Shown here one piece after another: positions 10,626-22,631 of a stretch of DNA of 64,000 nt. The stretch spans positions 5,193,319-5,257,318 of the forward strand of contig CM082594.2 of the NCBI GenBank assembly GCA_040954595.2. The letters run 5' to 3'. How positions within the stretch are numbered: the stretch's first letter is position 1; every line of letters starts with the position of its first letter. Below the pieces are notes generated by a model. It was not told where the DNA came from and ran no database searches. It saw nothing but the letters and a program-made list of their open reading frames with translations. Both the position numbers and the translations under genes were made by a program. Source of the stretch: Balanoglossus misakiensis. Taxonomy: Eukaryota > Animalia > Hemichordata.

Positions 10626-13371
10626 TCAGCAACAGTCGCCCTTGGATTTTTTTGCATTGATATTGTCATTTTCATCTTCTAGACATATTCTAGAATTCTG
10701 CGCTGAAAAGTCTACACTTCCGTGGTATTGGACCAATCTGGACACGTTCTTGCTGGGAGCCCTCAGTGTCCGGGCAACAGCTGTCATTGTCTCATCCACG
10801 TTTTCACCTGAAAAACAAATAAATGCACAAACAAACCAAAATTAACCATGTCATCAATGGCCAAAACAATAAAGGCCTTATCCTGAGGTAATTATATTAG
10901 AAAATTTATCTCTAAATATACAGTAACAATGTTTTTGCTCATTGAGCCAACTTGGAGATTGGCAGAATTTTACTTAAAAAGGGGTCAAATGAAAACAGAA
11001 ATTTTTTCATCAACCACATCATGTTGGAGTACATACACAGCTGTCACACTGTATACGCTGCATAAAGTTATTTGATTTGCATGCCACTGTCCTGGAGCAA
11101 CCTTTCGCAAAAAAAATGTACAAAGAGAAAATGCAAAGTGAATCATTCATTTCCTTGCCTGATTTTGCTGACAATGTAAATATATGCTCTATGTTGTGAG
11201 TAGCTGCAAAGTCCTTCACTGTTTCTTCGTTGATGAGACTAGCTTCATCACTTTTATTTCCAAACAGAAAATGGACAGCTGAGGGCAAAAAAAGACAGAT
11301 AAACTACGTTTAACTTGTGCACTAGTAATGGGTAAATACCCTCTGGGGTTGTGAGAGAATTCTAGTAGTTCCCAAGGTGTGCAATAAGGTTGTTCACTTC
11401 ATTTCAATTTGCCATACTGGCATATTCTACATGCAGAACAAAGACACCAGATTCAACATGGCTGTCACTACAGTTCTTTGTAACTATGGCAACATAAGCA
11501 GCCACATCACCTCCATCAGCGTATTCCTCCGCATCTCTCACCCACTGCGATAAGTAATGTAGCGACGACGGGTCATCCATGCTGTATATTAGGGCCACTG
11601 CATGGGCACCCCGATAGTAGTTCTTCGTCAATGTTCTGTATCTCTCAACGCCGGCTGTGTCCCATATATTCAACTGTTAATGTAAAACATTGAGCCAGTC
11701 AGTCAACAGTATAGTAAACATTACCTCTGAGGTGAACTGTGGTCTGTTCTAAAATTTTACAATGCGTCAATTTGATTTTTATCAAATGACGAAACAGGAA
11801 TGGATTTGAGTATTTGTTTTGTGTCTGCATGTCAGGGTAACACACTGTACATGTAAATACCACATGTCACTGTTGTCTCGGGTAAAGAATAGTTTTTGGA
11901 AACTTTCCATCAATTTGAGCAAATGGGGTAATTCTTGCATCATCCTGTTTGTGTTGATTGCACCCCACTGATTTATTTAAGCAATAAAACACCCCCAGCC
12001 ATGGTATACCACGAGATTTTGACCAGTTCACGACATATACGCACGAGCGATAGCGAGTGCGTATATGGAGTTGAACTGGTCAAAATCGAGTGGTATACCA
12101 TGGCTGGGGGTGTTTTATTGCTATTATATTATGCCAGTATATTGAAACTTTGCATAAAACATTTTAAAAAGGCATTTTCTTTGACTATGATATATGACTG
12201 TGGTATATGGCTAATATATCACGGTCACGTGTCGTGTCTCGACCAATCAAATAGCGTGATTTACACCATCAATATACTGGTATAATATAATAGAGGACAG
12301 ACAACATCACAAGTTTTTTAACAAAGATTCCTGCTGGGGCATTCTGTGATATGTATTTGGTCAAACTAAAATTTATGACATCCTTTATCTGAAGAAGCCT
12401 CACAACACTGGTCCCACTGTATGCCTGTGTGGGGATGGTCACATTTCATTAATTATTACCACCGAAGAAGGCCACTTAAGGTCAGACTTACAAGCATTTA
12501 ACCAAGCAGCTGAGGTCACAGACTTACAAATTTTATGGTAGTTTGTGAGGTTTGCGTGGGTGTTGAATTCTAACAACTGTGTCTAAAGTGAACACCTTCA
12601 GAACTCAGAAAATCAATCAGTTTGTGCTTTTTACGGTCAGGTTCACCTGGATGATAGATAGAGTTATCTTGATTGTACTTTGGAACAAAGCATTGGACGT
12701 GACAGTCCCGCGAACTATACCATTGTGTATGAACTGGCCGGGGAGGGGTCACTGTGTACATTGCTACATTGTGTTACAAACACGCTGATACATACACACA
12801 CGCGCGCGCGCATACATTGTCCTACTGGATAAATTGTCCTACTGGTATTACGCACGGTGTAACCCGGAGATTTCTCCGCTACCGCAACACGCGTCAGGAA
12901 TTAAACTTTGTACGCTTGCCTGGATCGTTAAAAACGCATCTTTGTCATGTTATCGTATACATGTCGGTGCGGTACAGCAATGTACGTGAAAGGGCCAGCG
13001 GACCGGGGAGTTTTATAGTTGGTAGGCCGGTGTACAATGTACCGAGGCGGAAATAGTTATTATCTCTCGCACGGTCCCGGGTCCCTCTCCGTATCAATGA
13101 TCGTCACGATAATATATTGTCTAATAAGAATACAATTAAATGTGAATCAATGAAATAATATTAATATCGAATACGATATAATCACCATTATATTTTCCCC
13201 GTCAACATGGTATTCCTTGTTGCAGTGGTCAGTATTTATCGACGATGTTTGACGCGCTTCGTCAAATATGTTATCACGCAGACGCCGGAATAGTGACGTC
13301 TTGCCAACTCCAAGTTCACCCAGCAAAATAATTTTATACGTCAAACGTCCACGAGTTCGACTTCTGTCCAT
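10626..13371 (-). CDS. Rab-family small GTPase, atypical (DTAGV instead of DTAGQ; C-terminal GDCC)
   Basis: Exons 13371-13186, 11673-11511, 11278-11159 (GC donor) and 10807-10626 join in frame. Motifs are GELGVGKTS, WDTAGVERY, YYRGA, GNKSD, SAK and a terminal CC prenylation signal. Confidence 0.88.
11972..12293. mobile_element. Non-autonomous double-hairpin repeat element (Crypton/DNA-X-type architecture) in Rab intron 1
   Basis: A near-perfect ~143-bp palindrome at 11980-12122 is followed directly by a second 24-bp inverted pair (12121-12144 and 12270-12293, one mismatch). Confidence 0.7.
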
Positions 13372-14020
13372 GCTTCACCTCGTACTCATAGCCGTCATTT
13401 TAACATGTGTATCATGTGACTTGTTTGTAAGTAGAAGTGCTTACAAGTTAAAGCACTGTGGTTAAACATTGACTAAAGTTGACCTGGGGTTAGCCTTCCG
13501 ACCCAAATATTTAGGGACCGTAGATAATGAGCACGACTAAATGTGTTTGACCCCAAACCAAAAGAGAGTTTATTTCCACTGAGAAAGGTATATAGGGGTA
13601 CTCAGTAGGATGAAGCCTACCCCCTAAAAATTACAATGTTTTATTTTTAAAAAAACTGTGATTAAAAGTCCATGTATACCCGATTTGTCAATAGCACCAC
13701 CAACGTTCAAACTATATCGGACCCCTTGTTTTAGTTCTTTTCGGGTTTAGTAGTTTTTAGGGGTTTCATTGTTTTTTGCAAGTTTCCTACTCACAATGAC
13801 GACACCAACCGCCGATATTTATAGATGGGGGCTATTTTATTTGCTACCCTGTATGTTACAATGTATAGTGAAATACATCACAGTTAAAAACAATTACATA
13901 TTCAGTTAATTTAATGGCAATACAATATCTTTTTAAGGAAGGTCACTTCATATCTCAGTATCAAGATTATTCTTCATGCAATTGTGACGGGTAAAGCTGT
14001 TTTGCAAATTGCACATGTTA

Positions 14021-14825
14021 TTAGTCTGTGTTGAAGCAATCCAGATGCAGACGATAGACACCGCCATCATTTTTCCAGATGACAATATACTTTCCGGTGC
14101 CGGCAGACGAACCGTCTTCTTTAGCCATAGCAAAGTTACCACGTTCAAAAACCGTGTCACTGCCAGAAATTCCTCCGACCTCGTCGGCATTCAACGTGAG
14201 CTTGGCGACTCCTCCAGACTTCATGCCAGAAAAGGCTGTTTCGACCGCTGAGTGGAGAAACGCATAAATAAATCAATAAATTTACAGGCCAATAAATCAT
14301 GAAAATAATTTCATAAAGTGCGGGTGTGGGAGCCCAATGAGTTACAACTTTCGGATAATTTTCTTGGCAACGTTGAACACGCCCATTTGCATGAAAAACT
14401 AGGATAAACCTTGCTGAGGATCCGAAGCCCTACCACTCCCCGATGTTTGTACAAACAAACAACACAACAACGACAAGCGCAACAACAACAACCTAAACAC
14501 TCTTCTTGGCGTTCACGATCGATCGTACTAGGGGGAGTAGCTGCTGGCTGCTAGGAAGATGTGAAATCATAGCCGACCATCCCCAACAAAGTACATGTAT
14601 TTATGTCAGCTATCTAGGCCATTAAAACAGCAAGTGTACGGTCCGTGCTACGCCGAGCTGGCAACGCCTACCTTGACGGCCTATCTGCGTGGCGCTCCCC
14701 GGGGCCATGAATTTACAATCCTCGGTGTACAGTTCGGCAAGTGCCTTGAAGTCGCCAGCGGCGTAATGCTTCATAAACTTGGCATTATTCGCTTCGATCG
14801 TGGTTTTCAAGTCAGCGTCAGTCAT
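14021..14825 (-). CDS. SnoaL/NTF2-like (DUF4440, ketosteroid isomerase-like) protein, paralogue A, ~126 aa
   Basis: Exons 14825-14672 and 14247-14021, with a phase-1 intron. Family-like motifs GDFKALAELYTEDCKFMAPG...GRQA and FERG...GKYIVIWK...HLDCFN. Confidence 0.85.
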
Positions 14826-15525
14826 TTTCGGCAACGTACTTGTAAACTGTGCAGTGTGAAATCAGACATACACCTCCGCCCTGCCCTGCATCAGCGTCCG
14901 TATGTCAATATACTTATTTTGGTCAAATTATGCTGGGTCATCACGTTGTTGAACTTTGAACTCCGCGTGGGTTCAAGGTTATGCGAATGGTGCAATGTTC
15001 AAGATCTCCGAAAATTGTAGTTTCGTGCAGCTTGGTCTTTGCACAAGCTGCGAGTTAAATTTGCTTTGATATGAAGTATTTTTTTTCCATGAAACTACAT
15101 TGTACATTACGCGTTGCACCTTATTTATAACTTTTTATACATATTTATGTATAAGTCATGCAAATGACACTTGAAGTGGAATTTACATAATATCTTGAAA
15201 TATGGATCTTCTAGAGGGGGTGGGGTGGAATGAAACCTTGCCTCGCATACTGTCCTCTTTTTTCCAAGTTATGCACTGCAAGATAAAAATAAAATAACAG
15301 CTGCCCAGTGTATGGGGTTAGGTGTACTTTATTTTTATTCTCCTACATATGTATGTACTGCATATACATTAAACCTCCCATACCACCCAAAAGCAAAACA
15401 AGAATCCATAACATAAAGACAAATACAGGATTTAGCCTTTTGTTTTGTCATTGGTTATAAAGGTGATTACCGTACATACTTTAATATCAATATCACCATT
15501 GCATGCTTGTAATGGACAACATGGT

Positions 15526-16589
15526 TTATTTGTCATAGTTCCAGCAATCACAACTCATGAGATAAACACCGTCGACTTTCTTCCAGATGGTGATCTGCTT
15601 TCCAGTTCCGGCGGACGATCCGTCTTCTTTGAACGCGGAGACGTGACCACGCTCGAAGGCTGTTTCGCCGTCGACAGACATCCCGCCGACTTCGTCTGTG
15701 ACCTCGATGAACCTGGCAAACCCGGCCTTCTTCATACTTGCACAGGCCTCTTCAACAGCTTGGTGTCGGAAACGAATAAAAGAGAATGAGATTTGAGGAA
15801 AATTTTAAAGTCTTTATTCCGGTACTGCAGGTGGACATCTGTTTCAGGTAAGATTCCCACCAGACTTTAATAGTAGTCGAGCCAGCCAGGCATCATTGCA
15901 TATGTCATTGCACATCATTGCACATCATTGCACACATCATTGCACACAACTTATCACAAACAGGTCCCCACATTTTCATAAATTCTAGATTTTTAATGTT
16001 TAATTACGGAATTTATAATTGTGAATATTACTGACAGATGAAAAATAAGATTTTCAGTCGTCAGAGTTTCCTCATATAAGGACCCCACTTGAAAAAAAAT
16101 GGATTATATAATTAACAGGAGGAAATTGTATCTTTCTGTCAACTGATTTGAAACCACCAGCTGCAGTGTTTGGATATTCGACATAAGTTGTCACTTTGTC
16201 ACTTTATGGGATTTGTGGTGGTTCCTGATTCTTCAAGTGGTGATTTTGTTGGGAATTTTTTCGTCGGCAAAGTCAGCATTCATATAAAAGCGCAGACACT
16301 GCTAGAATGACGTTAGCATGCAGAGCTCTGGGCCCAAGCCCACTCCACTTGGGAAGAGAGAGTACCACACAAAGTGAACCAGTGCAAAAGCCCAGGGTAC
16401 ACCGACCTCTTTGTGACTGTAAAATGTAGGCTTACCTTGGCGGCCTATCTGTGTAATCATTCCAGGGGCCATGAATTTGCAGTCCTCTGTATACAGCATG
16501 GCTAGTGACTTGAAGTCGCCGACGTGGTACAGCTCACCCCACTTGGCCAGTTGGGTTTCCAAGGCGACTCTCAGATCAGTCTCGGCCAT
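15526..16589 (-). CDS. SnoaL/NTF2-like (DUF4440) protein, paralogue B, ~128 aa
   Basis: Exons 16589-16436 and 15758-15526. It has the same 154-nt first exon and intron phase as paralogue A. Motifs GDFKSLAMLYTEDCKFMAPG and FERG...GKQITIWKK...CDCWN. Confidence 0.85.
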
Positions 16590-17119
16590 TTTGACTACCC
16601 GGGTGTTGACAGAATCAGGCTGAAGTTGTTGTTTATTGTACTGTGCTCAAGGGTCAGCTAAGGTCATATTGGTGGCGCGACCTTTCAATAACCTAAGGGG
16701 TGGGCCAATTTGATGCCGGGGGGAGTTAAAAATGTTTGTCTTTGTACTGCAACTGAACATTTTGCTTCCAGGGAGGCCAAATATTGCTGTAATCCATTCA
16801 TGTGATAGCATTTGCATGCTAGATCTTCACCCATATTTGTCGACATTGATGTAGTACCTTCAGGGAGTGTTCAGAATCTACGAGGGGACAAAGAGATGTA
16901 TTTCTCTGAATTTCTCAATTTTCTGCTATATTGAAAAGTCTTCATTGAAAACAGTTGTCACTCATAAGTTTTAGGGGGCTGGGTGTACCAAGAAAGAAGT
17001 CCACACCTGACACAAAATTAAAATTAAGAAATGGCCACCTTTAATGCAAATATACAACTGTTTGACACAGCGTTAACACCACACTTTGTGTCACTTTTGG
17101 TACACTGAACTACATGCTG

Positions 17120-20100
17120 TTATGAAGTAGAGTCTGTTTCGATGTTTATAAGTTTTGTCATGACATCAGAGAGGTCAAAGGGCAATGGATAAGTTTCATC
17201 TGCATCTGTCCAATACGGCCGATAGTCCGGTGTGTGCTCTGGTGGTATTTGGAAGAGGTCACGATCTGAGAATCTGTGAAAGAGAGAGAGAGTTGAAACG
17301 TTTACACCTTTCTTTCTGCAAATTACATTTTTTGTACCAATGTGTACAACATAGTGTACCAGTATACTTTTCAGACACAATCTGATTAAATGATTGTCGG
17401 ACGTAACTCAAACCATTGGGCAATGTTCATTTGGCTGTGGTTCTTATCTACTGCTGTAAGAAATTGTATGTTCCAAGCACAGTCTATACCCAGCATGTTT
17501 GTGTTGGTAAATTGCAATGGGCAGTCTACTGTAATAGTCCAATGTGTGTGTGAGGTGTCAGTATCCAGGCGCTGTATTGTATGCACATGAATAAATGCCC
17601 TGGCATTTAATTTAACCCTTTCATCCCCAATACCTGTCGAGTGGACCGACTTTACCCATGGAAATGACCAGGGTGCGGACCAAACTATTCGGGTGAAAGG
17701 GTTAAAAAGTCTTGAGCAATTTCTTGAGGAAGGACACTTACCTATTCATCCAGTGATTGCGTGATGATTGCCTCGTCGTGATCGCCAACAGCAGTGTTTG
17801 TGCCAGCGATTTATTCTTCTCTTCAACTGCGACATCTATGGCTAATTTTGTCTGAAAGTAGACAGTGCAATATTTCACTTCAGTGTTCCTCTCAGTTAGA
17901 CTCAGCCCGAGAAGACGCAGATTTTTGCAAAAATGCTTACATAAATGCGTTGCTCCCCTTTAAGAAATCATGTTTAACATTAGAATCAATATTAGAAAAA
18001 AACACTATGCAAGGTGCCTAAAAAACAACAAATACCAATTACAAGTTTACTTCCATCAACTAACTCACCATCACTTCCATCTGATGCCAGTGGTTTTCCA
18101 GCTCCTGCATGGGATCGATCCAGTACTCGCGTTCCTTGGCATGCTGAGCTCCTTGCATCCAAAATTGTCGCAGCCACTCAAATTCCACCTGAAAATACAC
18201 GCGAGTACTCTAATCAACCCTGATGAAACCCCAAGAATATAATTACATATACATGTGCTACAATTTCTTTACATCCTGTCTCGGTACTGAGTGATAGGAT
18301 TGTACACATCATTTTAAACATTGCTGCATTCCATGGGCTACTTTATGCTACAAGTTTCAAATATCAGCAGAGCAGAGCAGAGTCGAACATGATGCACGAT
18401 CCAGGCAGAAAAACACTGTCAATATAAATAGCAACAAAACAACAATAACCCATGAATCTGTGACTACCTCAAAATCTCACCTCATTGTGGACTTCTTCTG
18501 TAAATCTGATTGTTTCACATTCAATCGATTGCAGAGACACACGTCCGTTGCTGTCTTCATTGCGGTTTTCCAACGCTTTATGACATCTGTGTTGTATGTC
18601 CGACAGCATGTCACACTGGTGGACACAGAAGATAGAAAACAAGTCAATGTAAATAATAAACTATTACTACACTTTAAGATTTCTGTCTACGTGCTTGTTG
18701 TCAAAATGAGTCGAAACTACAACAACTCTGGCATACAAGATTGGTATTGGGTGTTGCTGCTGTTTTACAATTCTAAAAGTCACTGGCCAATAACTGGCCA
18801 AATTTGCAAGTGGTTAATCATATCATACTGTTAGTCAGTTGTGAGTGTAAAGGCTAAGTCCGCACACTATGGTGTTAGTTAGGACAAAACATGACATACA
18901 GAGTATTTGAAGGTGCATATTCACTCTTCAAACTTTGAAGTCACAATTCTATGTGATTCTGTGCCCAACCTGTGGTAATAATTTGTACATGTAACCGTGA
19001 CAACATCATCTGACTTGGACGACATTGTCATTACCGGTAATTCACTAATCCCCATATTTTGCCTGGTAATATAACATACCTTTGTCATCCTGTACGTAGC
19101 ACTATACCTTGGTGCAGACCCGGCAATGACGCAGTGCTGATGCGTGTCGTTCATGGTGTCCAACATGTAGTAACATTCTCCATCGCTAAGTGGCGTGGCG
19201 ACAGCTGTAATATCCGTGTTCCACGCAACTTTCAGACCAATCTTCCATTCTTCATCTTCCTCTGATTCAGAATCTGTGAATATTATGAATATAAATGCAA
19301 AAACAATTGCCATATCATAAAACAGATACTGAGATTACGGTATATAAAAGATACAATGCTACATGTCAGGACTGTTCTCCATTGTATTCTAAGCAGTGTG
19401 CCCTCTAACAAACATAAACAAAAGCTTTGAGCCACTTTGATGATTTCTAGTCAGCCCTATACCTTTACATGTATCATGTATAATTTTCTCAAGTCACCAG
19501 TGGGTTTGTTGAGTCAGTGGTATATCATAGGGGCTTAGAGGGCACACTGATTCTGAGTGAGACTTCTGCCTTGACAAAGACAGTAGCATATAGCATTTTT
19601 GATCAACAGACAAGAACATTGTGTGTTTTGACATCTGTTCAGTGTTTGATAAAATGCCATACAGCAACTCCTAAGTAAGTTACCATTGCTGCTTGTCAGA
19701 TGAGGAGACTGATGGACTGTTAAGAATTAGTTCGAATGCGAAGAAGTAATTCTCAGTGTATACTTACTCCGACAGGTATGGTTGTAGACGGCCACAGTGG
19801 AACCCTGCACTAAACCCTCGTCGCTATGCCAACTGACAGCCAATCTGCCCATGCCAAAGTACGGCTCTGGTTTCAAGTGCACGCGACGTGGATCCATGTA
19901 ATTCAGAAGGGTCAGGTTGAAACTGCTGTTCCGTTCAATCACATCGCCGGCGTCGCTTTTCCCACTGGAGTGTTCCAGAGGATCCGGTATGTCCACATTT
20001 TCTGTTTCGGTTACATCTTCAGTCTCTCGTTTTGAACCCACACTTGATTTGGCACTCTTCTCATCATGCTCCCTCAGTTTCTGCACCACCAGATGTTTGC

Positions 20101-21278
20101 TGCGCTCGCAGAAATAACTGTTCAACTCTTTGAAGACACCGCACGCCTTTTCGATGTCGTTACCCGGCCGCCTCCCCGCGAAGGACCACGGCAACGTAAA
20201 CAGTCGCAAATTGAGATACTTGTACGTCAGACCAGGCTCACCAATCAGAGTCCTCGATACTTGAGTCAGAATGGTTTTGTTGTAGATTTTGACTCTGTCT
20301 TGATAGAAGTAACCATGGTTACACAGTGTTTCAAAGGCCCATTGAATTCTCTTGTGAAAGTCAGACGGTATGTTTTCTTTGGGCTGCACCACGAAATTGG
20401 AATAGCTCTCTTTTACCTGCAAGGAATGAATAAGTGTAATTACAACAAATGCTCAGTATTAGATTTGCAGCAATTTACAATTCAAGAATCATTAAAATGA
20501 GCTATACGCTGTTCACTCTGACATAGGAATTTAATCCTAAAATTTGTCAGTAAGTTTGCCAATGTGTGTGATATAAAATCATGCTCTGGGCATTTCTTTT
20601 TTCATAATACAAGTACATGTTATCTGAATTCTGACACAACATTGGATAAATATGTGGCAGCCTGAAAGTCAGTTCACTACTACATGAAAGAATCTGATGA
20701 AACTTACCACTCGTTCATACTCTTTGCAGGATGGTGTAAGGAACTCACAGTGGTTTTGTAAATTCTGAATTAAGGTCTTCTTCTGTCAGGAGAAATAAAA
20801 GGGTGGGATTAAAACAGAAGCGGTTCAGAAAACTATAGCATAGGCAGGAATTAATTTGTCATGTTTATAAGATCCCAGTGTGTCATCCAGAATATTGGGG
20901 GGGGGGGGGGGGACATAATACACTGTAATAATACACTGACCCCCCCCCCCCCCGAAAAATTACTAGTGCCCCCCACCACTACCTACCTCAACATGACTTA
21001 ATCTTAGATGCGATCGCGGAAACTAAATACTTACAATCATGTACTAGCTGTGGGTGTGTACGTGTACGTCGGTCCTACGTTACAACGTACACACTGTGTA
21101 GTGTGTACATGTACTTGACTGTTAGCTGTTGATGACAGACTTTCCGCGATCGCGATCGAGGGAAAGAAGTGGCCCTCAGTTCACGATAGAAAATCATTTC
21201 TCTTACCTTTGCTCTCTTCCTCCTCTTTTCCTCGATTTCGTCCGAAGTTTCAGTTGTCTCTACCCCGCGTTTTAACAT
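17120..21278 (-). CDS. FTO: Alpha-ketoglutarate-dependent dioxygenase FTO (m6A/m6Am RNA demethylase), ~502 aa
   Basis: Eight GT-AG exons join into a 1509-nt ORF: 21278-21207, 20782-20708, 20416-19768, 19273-19080, 18615-18481, 18188-18069, 17851-17742, 17273-17120. FTO-specific motifs: VSRTLIGEPGLTYKYLNLRLF, TLLNYMDP, LKPEPYFGMG, VSWHSDE, THQHCVIAG...PRYSATYR, EEVHNEVEFEWLRQFWMQG, RPYW...PLPFDL. Confidence 0.96.
17616..17701. mobile_element. piggyBac-derived MITE (~85 bp, TTAA TSD); family members at 46953-47037, ~36843-36930 and ~9740-9823
   Basis: TTAA-CCCTTTCA...TGAAAGGG-TTAA, with a shared internal GGACCAAAC-like core among copies. Confidence 0.75.
19394..19549. mobile_element. hAT-type MITE in an FTO intron; a second copy, inverted, at 53345-53504 in a UBXN6 intron
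   Basis: TIR CAGTGTGCCCTCTAA...TTAGAGGGCACACTG with 8-bp TSD ATTCTAAG/ATTCTGAG. The internal sequence is shared with the 53345 copy. Confidence 0.8.
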
Positions 21279-21988
21279 TTTCTTGAGCTGTCATCACGAA
21301 CGAGCAATCATTTCAGGAAGTAAACAAACACATGACCTATGACCCTTTAGGGTCAAGCAAAGTTGTGAATGCTGAACAGTCACAGTCGTTTGTGTTTACA
21401 TCAATCCCTTGGTACAAATATTTTTTTTATAATGTTAACACATTTTACAATATTAAATATTAAATAAAAAGCGTACGTAATCTATAAACTGTATGTACCC
21501 GTTCCCAGGTATGGAGCGCCCTCAAACAAACAACCTTCGACCTTTGACCTCATGTTTGCGACGGAACAGCCATGTGTGCAGCCCAAACAAAAATTACCTC
21601 TAACTACCACCGCAACGAACACCCGTGGTTGTCCAAACCCCAGACCTACAAGGAGGAGCCCGAATCCACATGGAAACTACGGTAATAACATTATATTTTG
21701 CATGTGTTTCATTCGCTTCGGCATCGCTTTTAAGTTGGTCGCCATGTTGGAAAATGTGGTGCATCCTGGGATGGATGCGGGTCAAGATGTGAAACAGAAT
21801 CTGCTGGCTGAATTGGTTTCTAAGCAAATTCTCATGTTGGCACGAGCTTATTCAGTGTCTATAAAATAATTTATCTGTCAATTTTCCAGAGTTCAGTGAT
21901 GGGGTCGTCCAACTCATGCCAAGGTACATCCAGCAGTAGCCTCCGGATCACATGATCTTAGATCTGGAACCTTGTCACTAGGAGAGAT

Positions 21989-22631
21989 ATGGATCACAGA
22001 ACATTTACAACAATGGTGGATGTATGGAAGAGGAAACTGGCAATGCTGTACTCAGGTGAGATTTCTGTTATTTAGAAATAAACTATTACTGTCACAAAAT
22101 TGCTAGTTATTTTCTTGCATAGTTAAATGATATATAACAGTGACACCCTAAATTCAATTTTAAAGATTATCATAATCTGAAATGATTGTTTTGTAAATGA
22201 TTGTCATTGTTATCTTAATTTGTCCAACTCCAAGTCAATCTTTAGAAATAAGTAAGTTTTTGTGAATTTTAGAATGACCCTAGAAATATAATCTGAAATC
22301 ATCACACAAAATGACTGACTTGCTGGACATGAAGTCTGAAATCACCACCATAATTACTGACTTGGTTTGCAATTTTTGTATTTCTTGCATATGACCAAAA
22401 GAGAACGGTCGCGGCGTCCTGAAACCCGCCCAAGAGCTGCCCCAAGTGCCGGAGCAGAGACCCCCGCCGCCACCAGGCATCCCTGCCGGACACCCGCAGC
22501 AGAGGGCCATCAAGGAGGAGGACACTGTCCCGCTGACCCATCTAGACGACGGCATCGACCAGGCCCGCTACGTGCAGGATATGGTGGCGCAGTGCTGCCC
22601 CCAGCAGTACGTGGAGGGCTGTGTGTACTGA
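21989..22631 (+). pseudogene. Orphan PEA3/ETV1-4-5-like C-terminal exon (22402-22631) lacking the ETS domain, possibly spliced to an unrelated upstream exon (21989-22055) as a 98-aa chimeric ORF
   Basis: The GC-rich segment translates to ...IKEEDTVPLTHLDDG...QCCPQQYVEGCVY*, resembling the ETV1 C-terminus as recalled (INEEDTVPLSHFDE...CC...YNEGYVY*). No ETS-domain exons lie upstream. A 3'UTR-like tail carries AATAAA at ~23432. Confidence 0.6.

Noticed and set aside
21890-21960. Selenoprotein-type TGA readthrough in the exon-like block
   Set aside because: TAG stops follow closely in two frames, there is no redox motif around the TGA, and I recognised no SECIS.
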